A DNA stretch of 64,000 nucleotides from Octopus vulgaris (taxonomy: Eukaryota). The position numbers were made by a program, and so were the translations under genes. The notes under the pieces are model-generated. The model worked only from the letters and a program-made list of their open reading frames with translations, did no database searches and was not told the DNA's origin. Positions 43,731 to 56,215 of the stretch are shown one piece after another. Where the stretch lies: positions 31,062,001 to 31,126,000 of the forward strand of contig OX597814.1 in assembly GCA_951406725.2 (NCBI GenBank), in the 5' to 3' direction. Positions within the stretch are counted from its first letter, which is position 1; every line of letters begins with the position of its first letter.

Positions 43731-43890
43731 TGTGTGTGTGTATACTGATTGATAGACAAATTCATAAATATAGAGAGAAAGAGAAAAGTATGTATGTGTA
43801 CAATTATGCGCTTAAACACACTCAGACACATATGCATACGTACATACATGCATACATACATATGTAGTATGGATGTGTGCGCGCGCGCGC

Positions 43891-43937
<47 letters not shown>

Positions 43938-45164
43938 AAATAGGAAAAAGAGAAAGGGATTGTGGGAGTGGGAGAAATTGATAGACACAGGAACGGTGAG
44001 ATTAGTTCGAAGAAGGCGTTTACAGAGCAGAGAGCTAAATCGATGCCTGCCAGAAACGTGGAGTAAAAATAAGTGACACAAAATAGCGCAAAAGGAAGCA
44101 ACGAAGGCAAGTGGGAGCTAAATTATTGCGATAACAAAGAAAGTCATCAGAAATGTAAATATATAAATAAACGAGGAGAAAGAGTAGGATGGGAACGTTA
44201 TATCTCCGAAATAAATGAAATCGGGGTTTTACTTGTAATAAATATTCTAGCCAAGAGTACCAAAAGAGGAGTTGTAATTATAACTGGCCTGCGTTCATAA
44301 TTTGAAGTAGCATTTCCCTCAAAGTATAATTATTATTCTCATTTAATTATTTACCTATTTCTGATCATTTTCGATTTCAAATGCAAGAAGAATATTATTA
44401 AGAACCCCAAAAAAACACGTATCAAAATAAAATATAAATAATATATATCAAAATGTATAATACTATCACAGATATACGTTCTGAGCAATACATGTGCATA
44501 AGTGTTGTGAAATATCTAATTACTGCAGCAGATTTCTGTTTATTTGTTTACTTACGGCATTCATTTGATATTTTGCATAGAAATATGCGCAGATGGAAGA
44601 CAAAACCTTATATATAATTATTTGTCACACATAAAAACACATACGTATTCGTGTGCGCGTGTGTTTGTTGTTAAAGTTATATACATATATCTACGTCTTA
44701 AGATACGCATATATGTATATTTCTGCGCGGGAATGTGTTAGTGAATTTGTCATTAATTATGGATATACAAAGGAATTTGGAATATAGATCTACTTTGCAT
44801 ATTTATTCCTGTGGTATTTACATGAAATGGTAATACACCTTATTGGGAGTTAATTTATTTCACTTAGCAGTTATATCCTTAAGAGCATCATGGGTATCAC
44901 ACAATCTAATCCGCTATGAATACACAGCGCTTTGCTAAACAGGATATAATTAGTACATCTTTCATATGCGTATGTGTGTGATCGCCTGCATGTACATATG
45001 TGTATGCAGGAGTTTATATATATACAGATAATATATAGATACATACATATATGTATTTGATTTGCGTGTGCGTTTGTCTGTGCGTGTGTGAGTGTATATA
45101 TATATATATATTACGTCTTCTAAATGTTTTACGTTCTGTCCCAGTTTGTATTTTTCTACATATA

Positions 45165-45257
<93 letters not shown>

Positions 45258-45349
45258 TAATTCAAACAAGAAAACAAAAAGACAACAACGCGAGTATGTG
45301 GAACCAATAAAGTATTATTGGATGCTCAGGAAAGAAGGGAAGAAGGAGG

Positions 45350-45384
45350 GTATGACGTTTCGAGCGGAGCTCTTCGTCGGAAAC
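45350..45384 (-). ncRNA. Minimal hammerhead motif (U4C, extra A after A9) in a short element at 45253-45460
   Basis: Minus strand: gttt-CCGACGA-a-gagc-tcc-gctc-GAAA-cg-TC-atac; ~100-nt tail abuts (TA)n. Confidence 0.65.
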
Positions 45385-46227
45385 ATAGGAGAAAGAAAGA
45401 TCCGGAGACGGGAGGACAGAGGAAAAAAATTGCAGGTAGTCTTCACGAGGTCACATACTAAAGAGACGGATATATATATATATACATACATATATACATG
45501 TATACATTTACGTACACACACAAATATATATATAAATACACACACACATATATGTATATATGTATATAGGTGTATATTTGTGTATAGGGAGGTTGACTGA
45601 CGGGCATCAGAATGACAGGGACATTTGTATTTCGATTTACACATTAACCATTTCATTCACATTGCTTCAATAATATTCATGGAAACAACCTAAAAGATAG
45701 TTAGAGTTGTATTTCTTCCCTATCTGCTATTTCTAAAGACTGAAGTGAAGAATTCCTTCACTCTCATGTTCAAAGACATATTTAACAGTGGTCATAATTT
45801 ATATAGAACCAAATCATCCAACGTGTTCTTAATTCTCTTTAACGGCAATGCGTGAATTGTGGAAGAATTGGCTGCTCTTTCTAGTAAGGTGGCCGAAGAC
45901 GTTTTCGCTCCCAGTAGCAATGATGCATAAGAATGTCATTGATATTAATTTTTTTTCTGTTTTAGGTGTAAGGAAAATGTAGAATATAGATTTGTAGTTA
46001 ATACGCATGATAGGCCAAAGCAAGACTAATTACTGTTTAATTAGTACTTGCGAGAATAAACGAAAAGAAATGATCTTGATGGGATACGAAATCAGAACGT
46101 AAAGAGCCATGACCAACACATTTAGACCTTCATACACACATGCAGGCAAGCATGCATGCATGCATACATACATATACATTCACACATTCACACATACACA
46201 AACATACATTATGTGTGTGTGTGTATG

Positions 46228-46284
<57 letters not shown>

Positions 46285-46292
46285 TGTGTGGT

Positions 46293-46583
46293 GGAGGCAC
46301 AATAGCTCAGTGGTTAGGGCAGTGGATTCCCGGGAATGCGGTTTCGATTCCCAGACGGCCGTTGTGAGTATTTATTGAATGAAAACACCCTAAGCTCCAC
46401 AACTTTCTCTCACTCATTCTTTCTGTTACTGTTGTACCTGTATTTCAAAGGGCCAGCCATGTCACACACTGTGTCACACTGAATCTCCCCGAGAACTACG
46501 TTAAGGGTACACGCTGAATCTCCCCAAGAATTACGTTAAGGATACACGTGGAACCCTCATCGTCGCAACCGACGGAGTGCCGT
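46293..46583 (+). mobile_element. tRNA-derived SINE, family C
   Basis: GGAGGCACAATAGCTCAGTGGTTAG A-box and GGTTTCGATTCCC B-box; internal ~35-bp tandem duplication. Confidence 0.8.
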
Positions 46584-47021
46584 AATGATATAGTGTCCTG
46601 TTCCATGATATCTATTTACTTGCCTTGACTTACATATTTAGAAAGGGTGACTTACGACTTTTCGTGAAACCCTTATAATATTTCTGAGTGTAGTATGTTA
46701 TATTAACAAACGTATTTTCTTTCTGCATTTCATTAAAATATATTTAGAACTTAAATATATAAAACCAAGTTATTTTCTAACCACTAAAATAGTATAACAT
46801 TTCAATCTAATGACAAGAATTACGTTAATGGTCTTCCCCGTTGAAAATCACTTTACTGCAATTCTGGCGATAAATATTTAAGTCATGGAAGTGAAATAAT
46901 TTTCAGCAAAAACATTAATGAATACACATAAATATGAATTCATGATAAAGGACTGTAGATCCATGGCTATGTAGTAAACACATTCTCTCTGCAAACAATA
47001 TATATATATATATATATGAAC

Positions 47022-47148
47022 AGCAACGGGAAACTCAGAGTAACAGGTTTTGTTGAATTTTCTGCTGCTTTAAATAAAGCATATTACTCTATCACTAGTA
47101 TTTGAGTACTCTTTTTTCTACCTTGTTTCACATTTATGTGTTTACTCC

Positions 47149-47150
<2 letters not shown>
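47022..47150 (+). mobile_element. 5'-truncated PLE-terminus-like element retaining only the 3' half of a hammerhead
   Basis: GAAA-ctc-a-gag-TA-acag at 47030-47046, then ~105 nt to (TA)n; (TA)n also lies upstream. Confidence 0.5.
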
Positions 47151-47182
<32 letters not shown>

Positions 47183-47186
<4 letters not shown>

Positions 47187-47375
47187 GGGTGTACCAAAAG
47201 TTGCGCACCATTGTGGTTTTTTAAAAGAATACACTCTTGTTAATTTCAAAAACACTTTATTGAAATTAATCGTAACAAATGCTCAAATTGGGCACCCTCT
47301 ACAATAAAACATGCAGAAAACAATATAATAAAATAAAATGCTTTAATTATTTTAAATGAAAACCGGAATGATGCG
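47183..47375 (-). mobile_element. Tc1-like transposon 3' end
   Basis: TA-CAGGGTG terminus; ACFIVEGAQFEHLL transposase C-terminus. Confidence 0.75.
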
Positions 47376-47384
47376 CGACTTCTG

Positions 47385-47661
47385 TGAACAGTTCTGATGT
47401 CGACAAGACCATTACCAAAGGCCCGCTTGATATTCCGTAGAGCTTTTGCGGCAGAGTGACCCTGTTTGTACTCATACGAGAAAATCACTCAACATAGTTT
47501 GGTTGTTATCATTTTCATAAGGTCTGTAATTACGAATTTTGTATTCCAATATTGTTGGGAAAGGAAAAGAATCAAGGTATACATAATTATGTTCTTTTTT
47601 TTAAAATAACTGAAATAACAAGTAATTAAAAATGCGACATTTCATATGAAACAACCTAATA
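47385..47661 (-). mobile_element. Mariner 5' fragment
   Basis: TATTAGGTTG terminus; IFSYEYKQGHSAAKALRNIKRAFGNGLVDIRTVHR HTH. Confidence 0.82.
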
Positions 47662-48409
47662 GTACCTCCGGGCTGAATTATGTTGTTTATTTATTCTTGG
47701 ATACCACAATAAATTGTCTTTTTAATGTCGATTGACTACCTGGAGAAATAATCTGATTCATTTGAATTTATAGATAGTCAATGATGTATTTGGGAGTTTT
47801 GTTTGTGAAGTGCATGTCAAGACAGCTGTCCTGTTTTCTACGCATTTTCTTAACGACCTTATTCAGACAAGTCTTCTATTCATTCCTTCAGTTATGCAAT
47901 TCGATTGCCTTTTAAACAGAAATTTCACGGGAGTTTTACAAAGCTTTTCTACATGCTGGCTTGTTAGAAACATTGTCTTAATATCTTCGGGCCTCATCTT
48001 ATATTGTTTTCACAAAGAAAATGCATCCTTAGTCTAAATAGACAAACGTATACATTTTATGACAACTTTCAAATCAGTAAAGTATTAGAGAAATTGCATA
48101 CTTGTACAATGAAGTTTAATTTCATTTTATTGTAAATTTAAAATATATTTACATTGAAATCCATGACGATCCAACATGTAATAAAATGCGTTTTGCTATA
48201 TTTAATTTAGTCAGATTCATAACTCAACACAATTTAATTAGATAATGAGTGAGCTTATATGTAATCTGTAGTAGAAAACTCAGAAAGCATACCCCAAAAC
48301 AATAAACCTACACACCTAATTCGAAAATATCCTTACTCCTATCCGTTATTTAAACTTCCTGTCTCCCAATTTTATGCATGCACACACACATGTATATATA
48401 TATATATAT

Positions 48410-48450
<41 letters not shown>

Positions 48451-48451
48451 C

Positions 48452-48887
48452 ATATAAAGCTGAAGTTGTCTGTGTGTGTGTGTGGGGGGGGGTAGGTTTA
48501 GTAGCCTTCAACACTATCTTCTCCGAGACCCTGCGGCACAAGTTGATCAAAACTGAGATCATGATAGAAGACTTGCTCTTCATTCTGTAGAAGAAAAAAT
48601 TTAAACCGGACCATGTTAAGACCAAAAATTATTTATATCAAAAAGGTGCGTTTTTTCCATGAAAATCCCAATTTTTTGCGATGTTTTGACTGCTGTGTCG
48701 CCATTTTTCGGTGTATTTCAACCAGAAAAATGTTCACTTAAAGAGAATAACAAGCTATATAATGCAAAACTTTTACTTCTCAAAAAAGATTGAAACTATG
48801 TCAAAACTTTGTTAACGCGACATCAAAGTCTGCCGTTCTAGGCGCAAGTAAAAAACAAACACGAGCAACGCCGGGCTATTCTGCTAG
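48452..48887 (+). mobile_element. Non-autonomous Helitron-like element
   Basis: Start atataaagctgaagttgtc followed by a microsatellite; 3' end cgagcaacgccgggctattctgCTAG|T. Confidence 0.65.
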
Positions 48888-48900
48888 TATGTCTATATAT

Positions 48901-49164
48901 TAAAGTTTATTTGCCAACAGAATGTGGCGGTCCCATAAAGAACGATGTTACTGTTCTTTAAGCCGCAGGAAAACATCTTTCCCAGCTAGCTATCGACTCA
49001 CATTCTCATGTGAGGCTGGATATAGGAGCGATGACCTCCCTTGAAAACACTATACGGATACAGGCTGTGTGTCGATAGCCAGCTGGAAAAGATGTTTTCC
49101 TGGAGCTTAAACAGTAGCATTGTCCTGTATAGGATCGCCACATTCTGTTGGCAAATAAACTTTA
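48901..49164. repeat. Inverted repeat, ~100-bp arms, loop duplicated at 49311-49374
   Basis: taaagtttatttgccaacagaatgtggcg... versus ...cgccacattctgttggcaaataaacttta; ggagcgatgacctcccttgaaaaca occurs in the loop and again at 49330. Confidence 0.92.
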
Positions 49165-49392
49165 CTATTCGGTATTATTACCGTTTATATCGAGCAAAGA
49201 TTTTTAAAACAAATTTCATCTTTACGAGATGAGCGACTATGTGTCACTTAGTGTTTGCGAGTGGATAAGCTTTCATCAACAGCCATTAAATGTATCATGG
49301 TCTATGAGTATCATGTAAGGCTGGAGATGGGAGCGATGACCTCCCTTGAAAACATTTTACGGACACAGACTGAGAGATTTAAAGCAATTTGT

Positions 49393-49447
<55 letters not shown>

Positions 49448-49467
49448 TCTCTCTCTCTCTATATATA

Positions 49468-49525
<58 letters not shown>

Positions 49526-49557
49526 TACATACGTATATATGTATGTATATATATATT

Positions 49558-49867
49558 AAAGACCTTCTTTAGTCATGAATGACCATGGGATTGTTCCTAG
49601 AAAGTTACCCTCCGAGGCACAAGTCCGGGCAAGGTTGTTTATAGAAAACCAGCAGTCGCCTACTGATGTTATCCACGAGAAAGGCAAACACTGATACAGC
49701 TTGGCACTAGTGACGTTGCAACTCATTTTTACAGCTGAGTGAAAAAGAGCAACGTAAAAATAATGTCTCTTGCTCAAGAACACAACACACAGCCCGGTCC
49801 GGGAATCGAACTCACTACTTCATGATTGTGAGCCCAATGCTCTAACCACCGAGTCATGCGCCTTCAC
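49558..49867 (-). mobile_element. tRNA-derived SINE, family D
   Basis: Reverse complement GAAGGCGCATGACTCGGTGGTTAG...GAGTTCGATTCCC...TGTTCTTGAGCAAG; related to 62825. Confidence 0.82.
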
Positions 49868-49885
49868 CATTCTTCTTAAGCTTAC

Positions 49886-49983
49886 TTGTGAGCTATCCGC
49901 TGTGTAGAAGCCTCTGCTATGCAACATAGTAGCAGCAGTAGTATGGGGCATGTGCTGTAATAACACGTCGCTGCATCCACCAT
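49886..49983 (-). CDS. Probable first coding exon of a secreted or membrane protein (signal peptide)
   Basis: caaaATG start; MVDAATCYYSTCPILLLLLCCIAEASTQRIAH with hydrophobic core and A-E-A cleavage motif; canonical donor AA|GTAAGC (phase 2); possible upstream acceptor catatcag at ~50052. Confidence 0.6.
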
Positions 49984-50394
49984 TTTGTTGGTTATTCCCC
50001 ACTTTCGGCGGATGACATCCTTGCACGTCTCAAGCGGCAACCGGTAGTGATCTGATATGTCATTTTGCAAACAGTTCTTTGTATTATCTTAGTATCATAC
50101 CTTGCATCGTTTAAGTCGTTAATAGTGCTTCTTAAATTTTTCACAATGCATAATTATCATAATAGGTAAATCATAAGATAAATATGATTTAACAAGTATC
50201 TCATGAATATAACACTGCAAAACGAATTATAATTTAATACGGCTATGAGGCAACGAGCGTTGGAAGAAAATGCTTTGCGACTTTTGTTCCAGCCTTTTAC
50301 CTTCTAAATTCGAATCTTACCGATTTGATGTAAAGGTAACATTTGAGTACTCCTTGTCTCCAAATTTCTGTCCTTGTGCCAAAATTTGAAACCA

Positions 50395-51475
50395 ACGTGG
50401 ATTTCTCGCCAACACCACAGCAAAAACAAAACAACAATATCAAAATTATTGTCTCTTTTCCTTCCATTGGAATCCATTCGTGAAATATATACTCCAGTCC
50501 CTTCATTATTCCAATGCAGTAATTAATGCTTATTCTAATTATTTTGAACGATTTGGTCGGTCAGTAGTCGAAGCCCCATAATCTATGGAATAAATTCCTT
50601 CTTCAAATAATTTCCCCCTTACTCTCCGCATTTTTTTCATTCCCTCTTTCTCACCGATATAATTACTTTCTTAGTTTTCGAATCTACTTATTCCTTAATT
50701 GCTTAATTCAGTCATTCTCCTCTCTCTCTCTCTCACTCTCTCAGTCACTCACGTCTATCTCCTCACATATATTCAACATGTATATTTACATCATTCAATT
50801 TCTGTATTTTACTTTAATTTCGCTTTCTGTCCCTTCATCTGCAAGGTTTTTCCCAAGCATTTACTCATAGTTATTTATATTTGTCTTTTTGCATGTTCCA
50901 TCGCTAGCTTTCTCATCACGAGGATATTTTTTTTTAATGTATTTTAAAGATATTCATTTTGTGGTATTTGTATACCTTTATTTTTCCAAGCCAAATGAAT
51001 TGAATGTTTAGCAAACTTAGTCGGAAATGATGACATCTCTATCTTGCATTACTCTTCTTACTATTCCACACCCTTCCTTTCTCTGACGCTCTTTTAGATT
51101 CTCTCTCAAAATGTTGAAAGTAATTATTTCCAACATATATTATAAATGAACTGATTGATGTTTAACTTTTGTAATTAAAAACTTGCGTGATTTGTTTTCT
51201 TCGCATTCGTCTATTTAGGAACGCTACCAGAAGATAAAACAAATATCGCCCCAGAACATAATTAGAACTAAAGTTTAAAACTGCTCATTTAGATGAAAAT
51301 TAACTGAAAAATCAACAGCCTTAATTGTATCATCATACCTGCAAAATATTGTTATATTATTTTTTTTTCGTTGAAGTTTAAATCTATCATGTCGGATATG
51401 ACTGAATATCTTTTGCGAATTTCCCTAAGTGAATATCTATTTTGTCCTTAGGCTAATATTTATTTCTTAGATGAC
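50395..51475. repeat. Paralogous ~1.1-kb block, copy 2
   Basis: See 18745-19835; the preceding family B SINE remnant also appears to be shared. Confidence 0.92.
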
Positions 51476-52927
51476 GAAAAGTGTTTACTAGTGTCAAGAA
51501 ACTACTTAAAAGTTTTCGTTCAACACTATTAAACGAAATTTTTCAATAGCTATTTGAATATGAATTATTGTTGATCATACAAACCACCAACACACAGATA
51601 CAGAATTCACATCAAAAGCAGAGAAACTTCACCGTGCCGCCATTCATCAAATGTCGAATCACTAATGTACGAAACCGGTGTTACCTGTACCTACTCAGAT
51701 TAGCGTAGGAAACAACATATACATGACAGATGGATCTTTCAAGCTACGGCGCATAAATCACAGCGTCAATATGTCCTGCAGACATATTAAGAAGTATAGC
51801 AACACCATTTTGCGTAATTGCATCTTGCGGAAGAAATAGAACAGCGTTAGTTATTTCATTTATACAGGGTGGAGAAGTTTATTTCAATGAACAGTATTAA
51901 AATATCACCTGCATGTGTCTCCACTTCAGCTAGTTACTATTCAAATTTTGGAATCGCGTTTTGTCATCTGATAAAGAAGGTATGGGCAAAACGCCAAAAC
52001 CATTCGTTAGCATATCACTTATATTAACTCACAAATTTATGCAAACTCAGCATTTAAAGTTTCTCTTACTCTCACATGGATCCTTTCACATCAGTCTGGA
52101 TATAGTTGACTTAAATTAAGAAAATGGAGAAATACATCTAAATCAAATATCAATTACCAGATAATACTCAATCACATACTTTATTAAACCACCACATAAG
52201 AAACTATAGGGTTAAACATAAAAAAGTAGAGCAAAACAGTGTACATAAAGGAGTATACATAAAGTGTACATAAAAGAGTAATGTTATACAATAAGTAGAA
52301 TATATATAAGAGAATATAAATATAAGTAAATATAAATATAAATATAGATTACATCTTACAGCTGTTTCGGTCATGTAGATAAGTATGTCTAATTTTACTC
52401 ATATTAGCCTTTTATGGTAGGTCAATATGTAGGTCAATAAGCTCATGTTCATAAACCAATCTTTATTCAATCCTCTTCTTTCTTCCATTTCCCTTAATAT
52501 CTGTTAAATTAGTAGCCCTATTTTGAAATTTCTATTTATATATTAGAGATAAGCTAAAATATTTACTATCCAGATAACTCAAACGAAGCAGTTTACGAAA
52601 AGAAGGAGTTATACACCGTGCATGGTGTTTACCGTGGCAGGAAACAGACGACTACACGCGTGTGTAGGAAGCGTCTAAAGATCTTATGATTTATTACGGA
52701 AAATTCCAGCAGAACCTGGTGAATCTCCGAATAAAAATATTACCAATCCTAGATATCATTATAACCATACGCACGCACGCATACACACACATATACACAG
52801 ACGCTCATCTTTATGTGTGTGCGCGTGTGTTTATGTGTGTAAACGTGTGAATGTGAGTGAATCTGTACATATAAATATATATGCGTTTGTATATAAATAA
52901 TAACATTATGAAATGGCAATGAAGACT

Positions 52928-53153
52928 ACTCTTTTACTCTTTTACTTGTTTCAGTCATTTGACTGCGGCCATGCTTGAGCACCGCCTTTAATCGAGCAAC
53001 TCGACCCCGGGACCTATTCTTTTTGTAAGCCCAGTACTTATTCTATCGGTCTCTTTTTGCCGAACCGCTAAGTAACGGGGACATAAACACCCCAGCATCG
53101 GTTGTCAAGCAATGCTAGGGGGACAAACACAGACGCATAAACACACACACGCG

Positions 53154-53187
<34 letters not shown>

Positions 53188-53350
53188 TACGACATGCTTC
53201 TTTCAGTTTCCATCTACCAAATCCACTCACAAGGCATTGGTCGGCCCGAGGCTATAGCAGAAGACACTTGCCCAAGGTGTCACGCAGTGGGACTGAACCC
53301 AGAACCATGTGGTTGGTTAGCAAGCTACTTACCACACAGCCACTCCTGCG
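52928..53350 (-). mobile_element. Full-length family A SINE
   Basis: Complete reverse-complement copy. Confidence 0.95.
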
Positions 53351-53656
53351 ACTAGTTTTCTCTTTCCCACTCAGTAGAAATATGTGTACAATGACACATA
53401 CATAAGCTCACGCAAGGATGTACACATACAAACACACACACAGACATGCCTGCGCCAGAAGTAACTTAGATTGTCTGTTGAGGGATGCGGTGCCACGAAA
53501 TTTGAAGTATTGTCCCTTTTACCTAGTTTTACCTTCTCATATTGAGCTATGTAATCTATCGCTTCTCGGTGAATCAACATAAAAAGTGTGCGTGCATGTG
53601 ATTCCGAGTGTGCATATATATATATATAATTTAAAATTGAATAGAAGGTCTGAAAA

Positions 53657-53702
53657 CCACCTGATGAATGTCCTTAGAAGTGACAAGAAACAATTGTAGT
53701 GG
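53657..53702 (+). ncRNA. Type I hammerhead ribozyme motif with canonical core
   Basis: ccac-CTGATGA-a-tgtc-cttagaagt-gaca-a-GAAA-caattg-TA-gtgg; ~180-nt tail ends at (TA)n at 53883. Confidence 0.8.
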
Positions 53703-53878
53703 ATAACTTAATTTTATTTAATTTATATAAAATTTTTTATGTACTGGATTAAGTCTTTCTTTGTTTGATTTGCATAATAGTGGTTTTATCTCTAATTAAT
53801 ATTATATAATATTTTACTATAAAATTGGATTCAATCCTAAATCTGATTTTTCCCTGTAAATTTGGATTTATTCCCTAA

Positions 53879-53917
<39 letters not shown>

Positions 53918-53919
<2 letters not shown>

Positions 53920-54326
53920 TCTTTTACTCTTTTACTTGTTTCAGTCATTTGACTGCGGCCATGCTAGAGCACAGCCTTTAGTCGAGCAACTCGACCCCGG
54001 GACTTATTATTTGTAAGCCCAGTACTTATTCTATCAGTCTCTTTTGCCGAACCGCTAAGTGACGGGGACATCAACACACCAGCATCGGTTGTCATGCAAT
54101 GCTAGGGGGACAAACACAGACACACAAACATACACGCACACACACATATATATACATATATACGACGGGCTTCTTTCAGTTTCTGCCTACCAAATCCACT
54201 CACAAGGCTTTGATCGGCCCGAGGCTATAGTAGAAGACACTTGCCCAAGGTGCCACGCAGTGGGACTGAACCCGGAACCATGTGGTTGGTAAGCAAGCTA
54301 CTTACCACACAGCCACTCCTGCGCCT
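53918..54326 (-). mobile_element. Full-length family A SINE
   Basis: Complete reverse-complement copy. Confidence 0.95.
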
Positions 54327-54343
54327 ATATATGTATAAATTTA

Positions 54344-54614
54344 AAATAAGGGTGAGAAATTGGATATTAATTTAATTAAATTAACATCAATTTAACACCA
54401 GTGCTCTAGCATATAAAATCCGAAGGTTCAGTAAGCTGTGTTATATACAAATGAGAGGGATGACGACTATGTGGACAACCCTTAACCAGAAGTAGATCCG
54501 CTAAGGTCTTACCACAAAGAAATGTTCTCAAGACACGTTTCTTAGTGGTAAGACCATACCGGATATACTTCTAGCATAAGGGTTGTCCACATAGTGGTCA
54601 TCCCTCTCATTTGT
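54344..54614. mobile_element. Fold-back element related to the 9027 family
   Basis: Starts aataagggtgagaaattggatattaatttaat like 9034; arms 54447-54525 / 54535-54614. Confidence 0.8.
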
Positions 54615-54621
54615 GTGTATG

Positions 54622-54682
<61 letters not shown>

Positions 54683-54684
<2 letters not shown>

Positions 54685-55180
54685 CATTATTAAATCTCAG
54701 AATGTGATTGAAACAGTAATCGCTCGATAATGTAAAGTATAGAAGCCATCTTAACATGGCTAACCACATAGGGGAGGGGTGTTACTGTAGCTTTATAGCC
54801 CCAGGAGATCGTCGTCTCCAGCTGGCTTTAGACACCATTTCAGTGCCCTTGAAGTATTTGCAAAGGGAGGCCATCCCTTCCTCACTTCGAAATCAGTGGC
54901 AGACGTCACTAGAAAAACTCTTATATATTTGCAAGGAGGCCTTCTCTTTCATCACGACCTGGTGGTTACCGCCCGTTCACAAGGGACAAAAATCCCGAAA
55001 CTAGTCCGAGCGTATCACTCAGGCTTGCGAGGAAGGGATGGCCTCCCTTTGCAAATACTTCAAGGGCAATGAAATGGTGTCTAAAGCCAGCCGGAGACGA
55101 CGATCTCCTGGGGCTATAAAGCTACAGTAACACCCCTCCCTATGTGGTTAGCCATGTTAAGATGGCTTCTATACTTTATA
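54683..55180 (+). mobile_element. Fold-back mini-element, ~155-bp near-identical arms, hammerhead in the loop
   Basis: 54731-54885 versus 55027-55180; flanked by (TA)n. Confidence 0.9.
54970..55012 (+). ncRNA. Type I hammerhead motif, U3-A8 variant with G5C lesion
   Basis: cgcccg-TTCACAA-ggga-caaaaa-tccc-GAAA-ctag-TC-cgagcg. Confidence 0.65.
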
Positions 55181-55638
55181 TATATATAAGTTATATATGT
55201 GCATACTCATATGTGCACACTCACTCACATATATATCTTTGCACTGAAACCAAATCCTTGCTTTATAAACACTAGGCGTTTGATATTATTGTGATTCGAA
55301 TTAGTGGGTAGCTTCTAATTCATTCATAGTAATTTGAGTTATTTCGCATCAAACGTTAAATTGTTATGGTAAAACTAGCTATGGTGCACAATTGCGATAG
55401 AAATTGTAAAGTGTAAATAGAAAATTCTAGATAAAACCAGTTGTCTCCGTGCCAATGTGAAACAAAACTAACGCAGAAAGTCTTGCATATTTTGCTTTGA
55501 CATTAAATAGGTAAGAAAAGTAACATGTTTTCCTAGTAAACATGATAAATTTGTCTCAAATTCTGCCAGCGGCTTCGTTTGATATTAATTCTCAAACAGT
55601 TTGTGTTACATGTAAACATTTTTCTAGTACCTCTCCTC

Positions 55639-55639
<1 letters not shown>

Positions 55640-55707
<68 letters not shown>

Positions 55708-55716
55708 TTATCAATA

Positions 55717-55803
<87 letters not shown>

Positions 55804-55822
55804 TTATCTATTTATCTATCTA
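55640..55822. repeat. (TATC)n tetranucleotide repeat
   Basis: Directly visible. Confidence 0.97.
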
Positions 55823-56164
55823 TTGTTGTATGTTCTAGTTTTAAAAAAAATCCGGAGACATAGTTTCCGGCGAAGTGCTCAATATCTAACGTAGAGTGGA
55901 AATACTTGTTTATTTAGGTGATGGCTTGTACTTCACTTATTTTAGAAATTTTCTTAGCTTTCAGGTAGATTCTACAGAGAGAGAAACACAAGTAGTCTTA
56001 TAAGAGCCATCATCAAAACACATATATATATACATGTATGTACACTTATGTATTATGTAAATATTGTGTGCGTAGGTAGTTGCCTATATGCGAATTTATA
56101 TATATTATATATTCATACATATAATATATACATATATGTATATATTTAAATATATGTCTGAATA

Positions 56165-56215
<51 letters not shown>

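Noticed and set aside
46293-46365. tRNA gene-like A/B boxes
   Set aside because: They continue into a SINE body and form no proper cloverleaf; the same holds for the other SINE heads.
52350-52375. GAAA-cagctg-TA half hammerhead on the minus strand
   Set aside because: No CUGANGA partner found; counted only as a fragment, not called as a ribozyme.
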